From the NCBI GenBank assembly GCA_963422375.2, contig OY729428.2, positions 3,232,001 through 3,296,000 on the forward strand: a stretch of 64,000 bases of DNA, given 5' to 3'. Positions 10,119-21,081 of the stretch are shown here, piece after piece. This DNA comes from Bryobacterales bacterium (GTDB lineage: Bacteria > Acidobacteriota > Terriglobia > Bryobacterales > UBA6623). How positions within the stretch are numbered: the stretch's first letter is position 1; every line of letters begins with the position of its first letter. The notes beneath the pieces are model-generated. The model ran no database searches. It saw only the letters and a list, made by a program, of their open reading frames with translations, and was not told the origin of the DNA. The position numbers and the translations under genes were made by a program.

Positions 10119-11087
10119 ATGAAAGCTATTCGCATCCACCAGCACGGCGGCCCCGACGTCCTGAGCTATGAGGACGTTCCCCAGCCCGAACCCGGCCCCG
10201 GCGAGGCCGTTGTCAAGGTCGAGGCGGCGGGCGTCAACTTCATTGACATCTATTTCCGCACGGGACTGTATCCGGCGCAGCTGCCCATAACGAACGGGCA
10301 GGAAGCCGCTGGCACCGTGGCCGCGCTCGGCCCGGGCGTGACTGAATTGGTAGAGGGCGACCGAGTGGCCTACACCGGCGTCCACGGCGCGTACGCCGAG
10401 TACGCGGCAGTGGCCGCGGACCGGCTGGTCAAGGTCCCCGACTCGATCACGGTCAAGACGGCAGCGGCAGCCATGCTCCAAGGCATGACGGCGCATTATC
10501 TGGTCCGTTCCACATTCGAGCTGAACTCTTCCCACACGGCCTTGATCCACGCCTGCGCGGGCGGTGTCGGGCTGCTTCTCGTCGCGATGGCGAAGAAATT
10601 CGGGGCGCGGGTGATCGGCACTTGCTCCACGGAGGGTAAGGCCGCGAGAGCGCGCGCGGCCGGCGCGGACGAGGTCATCCTGTACACGCATCAAGACTTC
10701 GAGAGCGAGTGCAGACGGCTGACCGGCGGCCGCGGCGTGGACGTGGTGTACGACTCCGTCGGCAAGTCAACCTGGACCGGCAGCCTAAACAGCCTCAAGC
10801 CTCGTGGGATGATGGTGACGTTCGGGAACGCCAGCGGCCCCGTCCCCCCGCTCGCCCCGCTGGAGCTGACCAAGCGCGGGTCGCTCTTTCTGACTAGGCC
10901 GTCGCTCTTTGCCTATATCGGCAGCCGAGCAGAGCTGGTACGCCGTTCATCGGAGATATTCGCGTGGGTCGCGTCTGGCAACCTGCACATTCACGTCGGC
11001 GGGGAGTTGGCCCTGAGCGACGCGGCAGAGGCGCATGCGCGCCTAGCGGGCAGGAAGACGATGGGCAAGCTGCTGCTGCTGCCCTGA
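10119..11087 (+). CDS. qor: NADPH:quinone oxidoreductase (zeta-crystallin family)
   Basis: GVNFIDIYFRTGLYP, AGGVG, VVYDSVGK, FGNASG, GSLFLTRPSL. Confidence 0.9.
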   Translation: MKAIRIHQHGGPDVLSYEDVPQPEPGPGEAVVKVEAAGVNFIDIYFRTGLYPAQLPITNGQEAAGTVAALGPGVTELVEGDRVAYTGVHGAYAEYAAVAADRLVKVPDSITVKTAAAAMLQGMTAHYLVRSTFELNSSHTALIHACAGGVGLLLVAMAKKFGARVIGTCSTEGKAARARAAGADEVILYTHQDFESECRRLTGGRGVDVVYDSVGKSTWTGSLNSLKPRGMMVTFGNASGPVPPLAPLELTKRGSLFLTRPSLFAYIGSRAELVRRSSEIFAWVASGNLHIHVGGELALSDAAEAHARLAGRKTMGKLLLLP

Positions 11088-11226
11088 ATCGCCCGGGGCA
11101 GGGCCAGCCTGCCGGTTGAGCCCGGATCTCGGCCCAGGGCGATTCCGAAGTTGGGGCGCGGCGCGATTCGCGATTGCTTGCCGCGAGGACCGGACATTTG
11201 GGCCTGAATCTGCGATTACCCGAGTA

Positions 11227-14200
11227 GTGCTCGCGAGCCCGTTGCAGCCGAGCGAGGTCGGGGCGCGTCCGGTGCGTCCCGACGAAACGGAGCGTTGGGC
11301 CGCGTTGATGCGGACTCATCATTACCTCGGGTATCGCAAGATGTGCGGGGCCCAGCTGAAGCAGGTAGCCGTGCAGGGCGAGCGCTGGCTGGCGCTGCTC
11401 GGCTGGCAGCCCGCGGCTCTGCATTGCGGTCTCCGGGACCGCCGGTTCGGCTGGAGCGCCCTGCAGCGGCGCTAGCGGCAGTGGCTGGCGGTCTCGAACG
11501 CGCGCTTCCTGCTGCTCCCAGCAGCCGGGCGCACGCGCTGCCTGGGCGACGACTGGCTGCCCGGCAACAGCTACCGCCCGCCGCTGGCGGAGGCCCTCGT
11601 CGACGCGGCGCGATTCGTCGGCACCTGCTACCGGGCGGTCAACTGGATCGAGCTCGGCGCCACCCAGGGCTGGCGGCGAGTCCGCGGGCAGGCGGCGGGC
11701 TACGCCTGGCACGGACGGGCCAAGCGCGTCTTCGTCTACGAGCTCGCGCTCGGGGCGCTCGGGCAGCTCGCCGCGGAGCGGCCGCGGGCGGAATGGCAGC
11801 GCCGGAGGAATCGCGTGAACTTGGAAGCGTCGCTGTTGGACCACTCGCTTCAGGTCCCGGACTTCCGTTGCCGGCGCGGGGTGCGGCCTCCGCTGCCGAC
11901 CGTGCTGGCGCTCGGGCTGACGGCGCGGCTGGCGGGCTGCAAGAGCGTCACCGAGATTGCCGAGTTCGCCCGGCGCATGGGGCAGGACGAGATGCGTGCG
12001 GCGGGTGCGCGGCGGTTCGAGGAGGGGTACCGCCCTCTGTCACACAACACCGTCCGACGGGCGCTGCCAGGCGTGGAGGAGAGCCAACTGGAGAAACGGG
12101 TGAATGCCTGGCCGAGCGCCCAGGGCAGCGGGGCACATCCGGGCGAGGCGCTGGCCCTGGACCGCAAGCACCTGCACGGCTCCTAATGATCACGGCCGCG
12201 ATCCACACGGACAAGTGAGCTCGGCACCGGCGCGGCAGCAGCTGTCCGTGGTGGGCGCCGAGTCGAGGCAAGTCTGTGCGCAGCAAAGGTTTAGCGGCGA
12301 CAAGGACGACGCCGAAGGGCGCGCGCTGTGCGAGTTGCTCGCCAGGATGTAGATGATGGGGCGCTGCATCGTGGCCGACGCGCTGTACGCCAACAACGAC
12401 AGGGCGCTACTTATGATCAGCCGCGGGGCCTTCCACCTCTTCACCGTGGAGGGGAGTCAGCTCACGCTGCGGGACACCCTGGCGAGCTGCGATCGAATGT
12501 GCCTAGCGGAGCACGGGGAGGAGGGCCGGCGCCACGGGCGCAACGAGATCCGCCGCATCCGGGTGATGGAGTTGCTCGATGCGGAGGGCCGGCCGGCGCA
12601 GAGGCTGCCCGGGCGCGACCTCGAGGCGGTCGCGGGCCTGAACTTGTCCGGCCTGCGCGTCGCGCCGCAAGCGATCCGCGAGGTCACGAACCGGTAGACC
12701 GGCTAGGCGCGCACGCCGGTCACCGTGTACCTGACCACGAACATGGACCCGGCCGAGGCGACCGGACCGCGCCTGACGGGGCGGTCGGGAACGGGACTCA
12801 CGGCGTCCGCGACGGGGCCGAGTACGTCGAGGACAGCTGCCCCGGGGCGCAAGGGCACGCTCGCGACCTTGCAGAGCACGGCAGTGTCGATCCTATGCGA
12901 TCTCGAGGTGGGCAACACCTCAGCAATTCTCAATTTGGGCATTTTGGGGTTTCCAGAGTGTCTGAGAAAGGTGTCGAAGGCAGTCTGGCACTTGACTTTT
13001 GCTTGCGGAATGTGTGAGCTAGAGTGAATGCCCCATGTCCTGGACTCGCTGCCGAGCGCCTTCCGCGAGACGGCCGCCGGCCTGCCCGACCGGCGCGAGG
13101 GTCGCCGCAACAAGCGCTACGAGGTCAGCGACGCCGCCGGTTGCGCCCTGGTGCGCCCCGGCCTGCTTCTGCACCCGGTGCGAGTCGTTGCTCGCGTTCC
13201 AGCGGCGCATGGAGCGGGACGGCTCCCGCTGCAACTGCCGGACCCTGTTGGGCGCGGGCCGCATCCCCTGCGACAACCGGATCCGCAACTTGCTCGACGA
13301 CCTCGACCCGGCCGCGTTCGACCCGCTCTTCCGGCCGTGCCTCGCAACCGTGGCCGCGCAGGGCGCGCTCGCGCCCTTCCAGCGCCTCGACGAGCGCCTG
13401 CCGGCGGCTCCGGACGGCGTCCGGTTCCACCGCTCCGACAAGGTGCATTGCCCGCAGTGCTCGGTGCGGCGCGTCGGCAGCGAGCGCCGGCCGCATCACT
13501 TCCACGCCATGGTCGCGGCCACCGCGGTGGCCGACGGCCACGCCACCGTCCTGCCGCCGATGCCCGAGTTCGTATGCCTGCAGCAGGACGCGGCCGCGAC
13601 CCGCGCCGACATGAGCGAGGACGAGCGCAAGCGGGACTGCGAGCGCAACGCCGCCAAGCGCTGGATCGCCGCTCAGGGCGCCTGGCTGCAGGCCTGCCGC
13701 CCCGTCCTGCTAGGCGATGACCTGTACTGCTGCCAGCCGGTCTGCGAGGCCGCCGCGGCGGCCGGCATGGACTGCATCCGGGTATGCAAGCCCGGATCCC
13801 ACAAGCACTTGTACGAGGTGCCGGAGAGCCGGCGGGCGAGCGGCGCGGTGCGCTCGACCGGCTGGCTGCCGCGGCGCGGGAAGGGCAAGCGGTCCGAGCG
13901 GCACCGTTTCCGCCGGACGGCCGCGGTGCCCCTGCGCCAGGGCCGCGACGCCCTGCGGGGCACTTGGCTCGAGTACGCCGTGGAGCGCGAGGGCAAGCGC
14001 ACCTGCGCCCACAGCTTCTTCACCGGTCTCGCGGTCACCGCGGACAACGCGGAGCGGATCGCGCGCGCCGGCCGGGCGCGCTGGAAGATCGAGAACGAGG
14101 GCTGCAACTGCCTGGCGCGGCACGGCCGCAACTTCAAGCGCAACTTCGGGCACGGCAAGGAAGGGCTGGCCAACGTGCCGGCCGTGCCGAACCTGTTCGC

Positions 14201-14720
14201 CTTCGCGCTCCACGCCGTGGTGCAGTGCGTCCGCGCGCTGCGGCAGCAGTGCCGGCGCCAGCCGGTCACGCGCCGCGCCCTGTTCCGGGAGCTGCAGGTC
14301 GCGCTGCGCTGGTTCCGCTTCCCGGACCGGCCGACGCTGCTGGCGGCGGTGCGCGACGGACGCGCGCCTCCGGGCTGCCAGGCAGCCGGGGCCTGGACTC
14401 CGCGCAGTTTCGTGCCGGCAGCGTCCGGCGAGCGGCCGGCCGTCAAAGCCGGCTACCGCCGGAGTGCGTCCGGTCGCGGGCTCGGCACTCCGCGGACCCG
14501 CGACGCGGGCCGCGCCACGGCCCTGCCCGCCGTCCGACGCTCCCGCGGGGCGGCCTCGGGAGCGCAACCTCTCGGTCAACTGATTCACCTCATCCTCCGA
14601 AACAACGTTCACGCACCCCCTTGACGGCCAAATTTAGAACCGCTGGCAACACCTCCAAGACGGTGCGCGAGCCGACCGCAATCGCCCGCCAAGCCTTGGG
14701 CATCATGCCTGCGCCTGCAT
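11227..14720 (+). pseudogene. Degenerate DUF4338 + ISAs1-like transposase, interrupted near its 3' end by an ISNCY-type element
   Basis: DUF4338-like HHYLGY...GAQLKQ...LALLGW...RDRRFGW and FVGTCYRAVNWIELG, then ISAs1-like VPDFR...GVR, LALDRKHLHGS, VADALY, HGRNEIRRI. Multiple stops. The C-terminal tail resumes after 14645. Boundaries approximate. Confidence 0.7.
12921..14645 (+). mobile_element. ISNCY-type insertion sequence, copy 1 (transposase frameshifted)
   Basis: Imperfect terminal IRs CAGCAATTCTCAATTTGG / CCAAATTTAGAACCGCTG. 9-bp TSD GCAACACCT at 12912-12920 and 14646-14654. Transposase motifs KRDCERNAAKRW, LGDDLY, GRARWKIENE, NFGHG. A 10-bp tandem duplication near 13142 shifts the frame. 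Confidence 0.92.
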
Positions 14721-15545
14721 GGTCACGCGGGGCGTTTCAGGCGCTCCAAGCGTGCCCGCAAGACGGGTCGAACCCCTCCAGCGCCCCGCCATTCGACACC
14801 TCTAGTCCGACGGCTGTGACCGGGCACCCATTCTGCTCCGCTTACCTGGAGCCCCCGGCGACCGACGTTGGCGCACCCCTAGCGGCGGAGGTCCTTTGCC
14901 CTGGCTCATACGCCGAGGCGCGCGCTATGGACATAGGAAGGGAGGATGGCGGTCGCACATATCCCTCCTATCACCGAACGGGACCGTTCGTCCGTGTGAC
15001 GGACGGTAGCTCAATACTCCGAGACGCAGCCACGGCTTGATGCCAGGCATTCGGCTAGACTTCGTGCTCGCAGGAGCAGCCGGTAATCCGCTGCAGCCGC
15101 CCCGCCGGGGCGCGTTCTGACGCTGCGGGCGAGCGAGGCAAAGCACTATACGCCCGACCAACCGATCCACACCAGCCTTGGACGACCACGCCTCAATGCG
15201 GAAGAGCGGAAGAGGGGAGTCACTCACCGGAAGTCGCAAGGGCGTCCCTCGCCCCTGTCGCCTTGCGCCGCTACACCGGGGCGAGCGACCCGCAGCCGAC
15301 CGTCTGCTCAGCGCGACTTCCGATGCCGGACGTCAGCTTCTCAATACGGGCCCATCAGGAGTCGCCGCCGTGACGGCAGAAGCCGGGACGTCGCGCCCCA
15401 GCGAGCCGAGACGATCCTCAGGGCGTTTCAGGTTCAGCGATCCGTGCTCGAAACCGGGTGGCGCACGGCGGCGCGATCACCAACGCAGAGGCTGGATTTC
15501 CTGCGATCTTGGCACGCTCTCGCACGCCAAACCAAGACAGACCCC

Positions 15546-16544
15546 TTAGTTCCCGACCGCTGCCCCTGCAAATCGCACAGCTTCCGTGTAGGCCTCCAGC
15601 AAGGCCCCGGAACCTGCGCCGGCCAGCCCGTGTTCCGCCCCATCGAACGACAACAGCTCGTGAGGAACGCCGTGCTCGCGCAACCGCTCCGCCATTTGCA
15701 CCGACTGCTCGTACGGCACATCCGTGTCGTCCTCGCCGTGAACGAGCAGCGTCGGCGGATAGTCCGAAGTCACGTTATTCAGCGGCATGTAAGGCTCGAA
15801 CTTCTCCGGGGTTTCGCGGGGGTCCCAGCCGGAGATCTCCCGCGGCCAGATTCCGTGCTGGCGACAGTGCTGGTAGAAGGCCCCACCATCGCCCTTGCGG
15901 TCCCCCGAATTCGAAATGGGCGGTCCGCTGACTTGGCTGAGCGCTTCCTCGCGCGACATCGCCGTCCGGTGATGTCGCGCGTGAGGGCTTGGCGTCGAAT
16001 ACCAAGGCCCAATCAGATCCGCGTAGCCCCAGAACGAAACCAGCGCAGCCGGTCGCGGCTCGACGCGGTGGCCCGTCGCCAGCGTCAGGTAGCCTCCAGC
16101 AGAAGCGCCTAGGACAACGATGCACTCCGGATCAGCACGAAAGAGCTCGGGACCTTGGCTGCGTATCCATGCCAGCGCATCCTCGACGTCTTCCAAGATG
16201 CTAGGGAGCTTCGTATTCGGCGCAAGCCGGTAGTCGATTGAAGCGACGACGAATCCCGCCCGGATCAGAAGCTCCTTCAATTTCCGGGGAACGCTCTGCC
16301 TGCTCCCCATGATCAGTGCGCCCCCGTGGATCCAGACGGCGGCCGGCAGAACCTCGTCCCCCACGCGGCGATACACATCGGCTCGGATCGCAAGTCCGCC
16401 CACGGTCTTGTAGGCGTGCGTGCCAACTGGAATACGATCCGGCAGGCAGCCGCTTGCCACGCCAGCAGCCAGCATTCCGGCGACGCGGACCACATCCCGG
16501 CGACTGGCGACAGAATTGATTGACACACGGGTGCTGCGTGACAT
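15546..16544 (-). CDS. Alpha/beta hydrolase (HSL/BD-FAE-like esterase), possible Tat lipoprotein
   Basis: HGGA oxyanion motif, DYRLAP, GASAGG nucleophile, HGEDD.DVP, EHG. Leader SRRDVV...ASGC, with AAGGAGA before ATG 16544. Confidence 0.88.
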   Translation of the reverse strand: MSRSTRVSINSVASRRDVVRVAGMLAAGVASGCLPDRIPVGTHAYKTVGGLAIRADVYRRVGDEVLPAAVWIHGGALIMGSRQSVPRKLKELLIRAGFVVASIDYRLAPNTKLPSILEDVEDALAWIRSQGPELFRADPECIVVLGASAGGYLTLATGHRVEPRPAALVSFWGYADLIGPWYSTPSPHARHHRTAMSREEALSQVSGPPISNSGDRKGDGGAFYQHCRQHGIWPREISGWDPRETPEKFEPYMPLNNVTSDYPPTLLVHGEDDTDVPYEQSVQMAERLREHGVPHELLSFDGAEHGLAGAGSGALLEAYTEAVRFAGAAVGN

Positions 16545-16720
16545 GATTTCGCGTCTCCTTGGCGAAGGCCACATTGTCTGGCAACTGGCTTCCGTCGCTC
16601 GGCTATCGGTCAGGCTCTCTTGCGGCTGCCGCTGTCCGAGCGGCTGGAACACCGCGTTCAATCTCGCGCACGGTGGGTCTCACGATAGCGTCCTCTGCGG
16701 CCCGCCCATTGCCCACCCAG

Positions 16721-17250
16721 CTAACCCGAGCTCAGAGATTCATGCGCCGCTGTCCGATCCGGCCCGATCACCCCCAGCCGGAGCCGGCGCGCGTAGGACT
16801 GCGCAGCGTCGGCCAGGCGCTGGTAGCCCGGCGAGCTGATCTGGTGCTCCGGCGGCGAAGCCGAGCCCGCCGAGAATGGCGTGCGCCGACGCGAGCCGGT
16901 GGGGCAGCTGCGGGCCGGCGTGCCGCACGGCCCCCTGGGTCATGCGTTGGCCATCATTCATTCGAGATGCGCATCTGCCGGTCGTCGTTGACTTCGACCA
17001 GCTCCAGGTCGCGCACTTGGTCGACCGGCTCCGGCACCTCGACCCGGGGGGCTGCGCGGCGACGCCGAGGCGTCGCGGGCGGCAGTGCCTGGGTCCGCCG
17101 TGGGTCGGCTCGGGCAGGCGCGCCCGCTCAAAGCCTCGCAGGGCTGGTCTGCAGGTGGCCACTTGCAGCTCGCCGCACGGGTCCCGGAAGCCGAACTCCG
17201 TGCAGACCAGCTCGCCGATGGCCGTGCGGGTGGCGCGGCGATGCTCCTAG
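16721..17250 (-). pseudogene. Internally deleted DUF4338/IS4-like element
   Basis: About 100 bp similar to 6617-6720, joined directly to N-terminal fragments ELVCTEFGFRDPCGELQVATC and GPQL...ILGGLGFAA. Confidence 0.6.
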
Positions 17251-17507
17251 AGTCAGTTCCCTTAGACGGACCGGGGCCTCGTCAGTGGCGAGCGTTGCCG
17301 CAATCCGGTGTCGCTGGCACCTGTCCAAGGAGCGGCCTGCCACCGGGTCGCAAGTTGAGGCCTAGCCTCTGTGGCAAGTGCAGCCTGCGGCACCGCATCC
17401 TACGCGCGGCACGTCGCTCGGCTCGAAAGGGTCGGTCAGGCGTGGGGCGCTCGGGGCCCGGCTTGGTCAAAGGTCATGCGGGAGGTGCTGGCGCCGTCCG
17501 ACGGCAC

Positions 17508-18863
17508 TCATGCCAGCAACTGCGGAATGACTCCAGTGCTGTCCGCGAAGCGATCAAGACCGAGACCCGCGACCCGAGAGTGCGTGAGCCAGAGATTCGC
17601 GAGGGGAGTGCCCTCCGGACAGCTCAGGTGCTGGTTGAGGCGGAGGAGTCCCCCGCCCGAGCCGGCAACCACGATAGGCAAGTCGCTGTATTGGTGGGTC
17701 GCTCCGTCACCCAGCCCGGAACCGTAGGTGAATAGCGTGTTGTCAAGCAGCGAGGAGCCGTCGGCCTCTTCGATACGGTCCATCTTGTCTACGATATATG
17801 CGAACTGCTCCACGTGAAACCGATCAACCTTGAGAAGCTCCTGTGCGTATTCTCTCTGGCTGTGAGACATCAAATGATGGCTCATCGGCTCGTCGAAGAG
17901 TCCCTCGAACATGAAGGGCGTGTTCCAGCGCTCGGGACCGACCATGAGCGTGCCCACTCGAGTCAGGCCCGTCTGCAGCGCGACGACCAGCAGGTCTCCC
18001 ATGAGACGGATATACGCGCCACGCGGCAAGTATGCCTCGGGAGGTTCCGGAACCGAGACCTTTGTCAGTTCTCCCTTCATCCGTTCGAGCTTGTCCATCT
18101 GCTCCTCAATCGTGCGGACGGAATCGAAGTACTCGGCAAACTTGTGTCGGTCAGCGTACCCGAGTTCCCGCTTCAGCAAGCGGGCGTCTTCAAGGACGAG
18201 ATCGGTGATGTTGCGCAGATCCTCAACATCCTGCGTGCCGAACAGTCTCTGGTATGCCTTCCGAGGGTCGCGGATCGACGGTGCAACATGCCCGGTTCCG
18301 TACCAAGAGATATTGTCAAAGTAGATTGACTCCAAGTTGTCCTTGTGGCTGTTGCAACTGAGTTCCAATGTGCGGAAGGGCGTTGCTGGTCCGATTTCAT
18401 CCGCGATAACCTGGTCGAGCGTGCGATCAAGCGGCCAGGCGGAGGTAGTGACGGTAAACGGCGCGGCGCTGCTCAGGAAGCACGAGGCGCACTGCGCGTG
18501 GACGTCCGTTCCGATCTGGAACGTCCGATCCAAGCCCGTAATGAGGGCCACCTTGTGCTTGACCCTCTCGAGGGGTTCAAGCGTGGGAGTCAGCTGGATC
18601 GTGTGCGAGCCAACGGGAATCGTGCTCTCTGTGATCGCGCTGAAATCACCGTTGAAGGCCGGCAGACCGGCATGCCCTTCGCCGGGAAAGAAGCCGCGCC
18701 GTACGACACCGATCGGCACGTAATAGAAGGCTACCCGCGTGGGTGGCGTCCGTTCCGAAACGTCCGACGGACGCGCTGCGACGGCGATGCTCTCCAGCCA
18801 CGGCAGGGCGAGAGCCGCGCCTCCGGCCCCTTGAAGGAATGAACGTCTGGACAGGGTCCTCAT
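17508..18863 (-). CDS. DUF1552 domain protein, Tat signal
   Basis: SRRSFLQGAG...LPWLES leader, SLLDNT...YGSGLGDG..H...DLP..VAG, TPLANLW, FADSTG. Confidence 0.9.
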   Translation of the reverse strand: MRTLSRRSFLQGAGGAALALPWLESIAVAARPSDVSERTPPTRVAFYYVPIGVVRRGFFPGEGHAGLPAFNGDFSAITESTIPVGSHTIQLTPTLEPLERVKHKVALITGLDRTFQIGTDVHAQCASCFLSSAAPFTVTTSAWPLDRTLDQVIADEIGPATPFRTLELSCNSHKDNLESIYFDNISWYGTGHVAPSIRDPRKAYQRLFGTQDVEDLRNITDLVLEDARLLKRELGYADRHKFAEYFDSVRTIEEQMDKLERMKGELTKVSVPEPPEAYLPRGAYIRLMGDLLVVALQTGLTRVGTLMVGPERWNTPFMFEGLFDEPMSHHLMSHSQREYAQELLKVDRFHVEQFAYIVDKMDRIEEADGSSLLDNTLFTYGSGLGDGATHQYSDLPIVVAGSGGGLLRLNQHLSCPEGTPLANLWLTHSRVAGLGLDRFADSTGVIPQLLA

Positions 18864-18876
18864 CGTTGCGCTCCGG

Positions 18877-21081
18877 TCAGCGGTTGCTGGCCACCAAGTC
18901 GGCGGGGTTGTACTTCCGGCGAAATGGGTCGCTAAGCACCACCTGCTTGATTACATCCTGCATCCGGTAGCCGGCGTCCGCCGTGTCCTGCACGATGCGG
19001 TCAAGCACCAGCTCGTCTCGCCAGTCCACTTCCCGGCCCACGGAATACGCCAGTAAGTGGGCTGCGAATGCGCGGACGAAGCGCTCCTTCTCGGCTAGGA
19101 TCGCGTCCTTGAATTCGACAATGTCCGCGAACTCGTGCCTTCCAAACAGAACGCCGCTGGCATCCACGTTGCGCCCGTTGGAGTATGTGTCGCGCCACGC
19201 TCCGGCGGGACCGTAGTTTTCCAGCGCGAAGCCGAGCGGGTCGATCTTGGCGTGGCAGGCAGCGCAGTCCGCTTCCGTGCGATGGGCCTCGAACCGCTCC
19301 CGCAGGGTGGGCGCAGCCCGTCCCCCGGCACCGTCGTCGCGGGCGAGCGGGGAAACGTTGGCCGGAGGCGGATCGGGCGGGTCGTTGAAAACCACGCTGG
19401 CAACCCAGGCGCCGCGTGTAACGGGCTGAGTGCGCGTCGGGTTGGAAGTCATCGTCATGACGGCCGCGTTCGTGATCACGCCGCCCTGGCGACGATCCGT
19501 TATCGGAACACGCCGAAACGGAATGGCCGTAGGCGGCACCTTCTCGGGGCGCGTGCCGTCTCGGTACCAAGACTCCAGCAGCTCGCTGCGATAGCTGAAA
19601 TCGGAGTCCACCAGCTGCAGGATTGAGCGGTTCTCGATGAGGACCGTCTCGAAGAGCAGCAACGGCTCCAGCATCATGTGCATGCTGGCTCGGAACTTGG
19701 CGAAGTAGAATTCCGGATAGATCGCTCTGTCCGGCACCGAGGAAACGATGCGCTCCAGCTGCAGCCACTGCGTCGGAAAACTGTCACAGAACCGCTTCAG
19801 GCGCACGTCCTTCAACATGCGGTCCACTTGCTCTGCCAGCACGTCGGTTTGGCCGAGACGGCCTTCAGAGGCCAGATTGACCAGGGTTCGGTCCGGGATG
19901 CTCCCCCACAAGAAGAACGAGAGACGCGATGCTAGCTCCAGGTCGTCGATCTGCACGGCGTCCGCACTTGGACTGGCACGTTCGTAGAGATACAAGAACC
20001 GCGGTGACGCCAAGGCCGCCGCGATGGCGGCCTTCATGCCATCTGCAAACGAGTCGCCGGACGCGATTCGCTCCATCGCGAAATCGGCGTACCGCACCAG
20101 CAGGGCTTCTTCTACCGGTCGCCGGAAGGCCTTCGTCAGGAAACCGCGCAACGTCTCCGTAACCGTGCCCGGGATGTCCTCCGGCGCCGGTGGAGGAGCG
20201 AAGAGCCGTCCGCAGGCCCGGCATGTCTCTGCGTTGAAGTCCGCGCTCCCGACGATGGACCGGCTCAGCCGCAAGAAGGCCTCCATCAACAGCGGCGAGA
20301 GCGAGAGGTGGTCTCCGCGGTTGTCAAAGCCGTGCTCGGCCCGGAGGTCCTGGGGGAATGGCGCGACGCCAGCCAGTCTCTTGGCGATCAGCTGAGACTT
20401 GCCCAGAGAGCGGCTGCCGGCCTTGAGGCGCTCGGGCATCCTGCCGGTGTCGGGGCGGAAGTAGCCGTACTCCCGCAGCATGCGCTCCGGCAGCGCGAAC
20501 ACGTCGACCTGCAGTTCGAACAGGTCCTGCACTGCGTTGCCGTACTGAAACCGATTCATCCGCCTCATCGGCGTCCGGGCCTGGTCTGGCTGATTCGCGA
20601 TGGCGGCGTGGAGGAGGCTCCGGAGTTCGGCAACGACCTGTCTCTGCTGGACCATAGGCACTGGCGGCAGATCCCCTGGCGGCATGATCCCGGACTCAAG
20701 GACGCTGACCAGATCTCGAATCAGCTCGGGATTCGCTGTCAGGTCGGCGGCACGCCTGATTTGGAAGAGGTCGACATCTCCGCTAGGACCGCCGTTCTGG
20801 CCGTGGCAAACTACGCATCGGGAGCGAAACAGCGCCTGCAGCGTCTCTGTCGTGCCAACCTCGTCGGGAACGTCAGCTTGGAGCATTCCCGTCAGCGCCA
20901 GCCACGAAATACAAGCTATGCGGTATGCGCCCGCTACGGCCCGAGGCTCGGCGCTATTCGCCTTCGGAGCCCCATCAAGTCCCAAGGCCGACAGAAACTT
21001 CCTCATGCAAGCAGGTCGGAGGCCGAGCCCGCATCGACAGGCGGCCCGCGAAAACCCTGTGGATTGTACCAACAGGTCCAA
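18877..21081 (-). CDS. DUF1592/1588/1587/1595/1585-type c-type cytochrome protein
   Basis: CVVCH and CAACH, MRRMNRFQY.N, HGFDN, ELASRLSFFLWGSIPD, QPVTRGAWV, IDPLGFALENY. The true start may be ATG 21006. Confidence 0.9.
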   Translation of the reverse strand: MDLLVQSTGFSRAACRCGLGLRPACMRKFLSALGLDGAPKANSAEPRAVAGAYRIACISWLALTGMLQADVPDEVGTTETLQALFRSRCVVCHGQNGGPSGDVDLFQIRRAADLTANPELIRDLVSVLESGIMPPGDLPPVPMVQQRQVVAELRSLLHAAIANQPDQARTPMRRMNRFQYGNAVQDLFELQVDVFALPERMLREYGYFRPDTGRMPERLKAGSRSLGKSQLIAKRLAGVAPFPQDLRAEHGFDNRGDHLSLSPLLMEAFLRLSRSIVGSADFNAETCRACGRLFAPPPAPEDIPGTVTETLRGFLTKAFRRPVEEALLVRYADFAMERIASGDSFADGMKAAIAAALASPRFLYLYERASPSADAVQIDDLELASRLSFFLWGSIPDRTLVNLASEGRLGQTDVLAEQVDRMLKDVRLKRFCDSFPTQWLQLERIVSSVPDRAIYPEFYFAKFRASMHMMLEPLLLFETVLIENRSILQLVDSDFSYRSELLESWYRDGTRPEKVPPTAIPFRRVPITDRRQGGVITNAAVMTMTSNPTRTQPVTRGAWVASVVFNDPPDPPPANVSPLARDDGAGGRAAPTLRERFEAHRTEADCAACHAKIDPLGFALENYGPAGAWRDTYSNGRNVDASGVLFGRHEFADIVEFKDAILAEKERFVRAFAAHLLAYSVGREVDWRDELVLDRIVQDTADAGYRMQDVIKQVVLSDPFRRKYNPADLVASNR

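Noticed and set aside
11227..11800. DUF4338 as a Druantia anti-phage system
   Set aside because: It is fused to transposase remnants, broken by stops, and no DruE-like helicase is present.
13028..14396. C-to-U RNA editing to repair Pro/Arg codons in transposases
   Set aside because: A>G changes occur on the same strand alongside frameshifting indels, which points to DNA-level decay.
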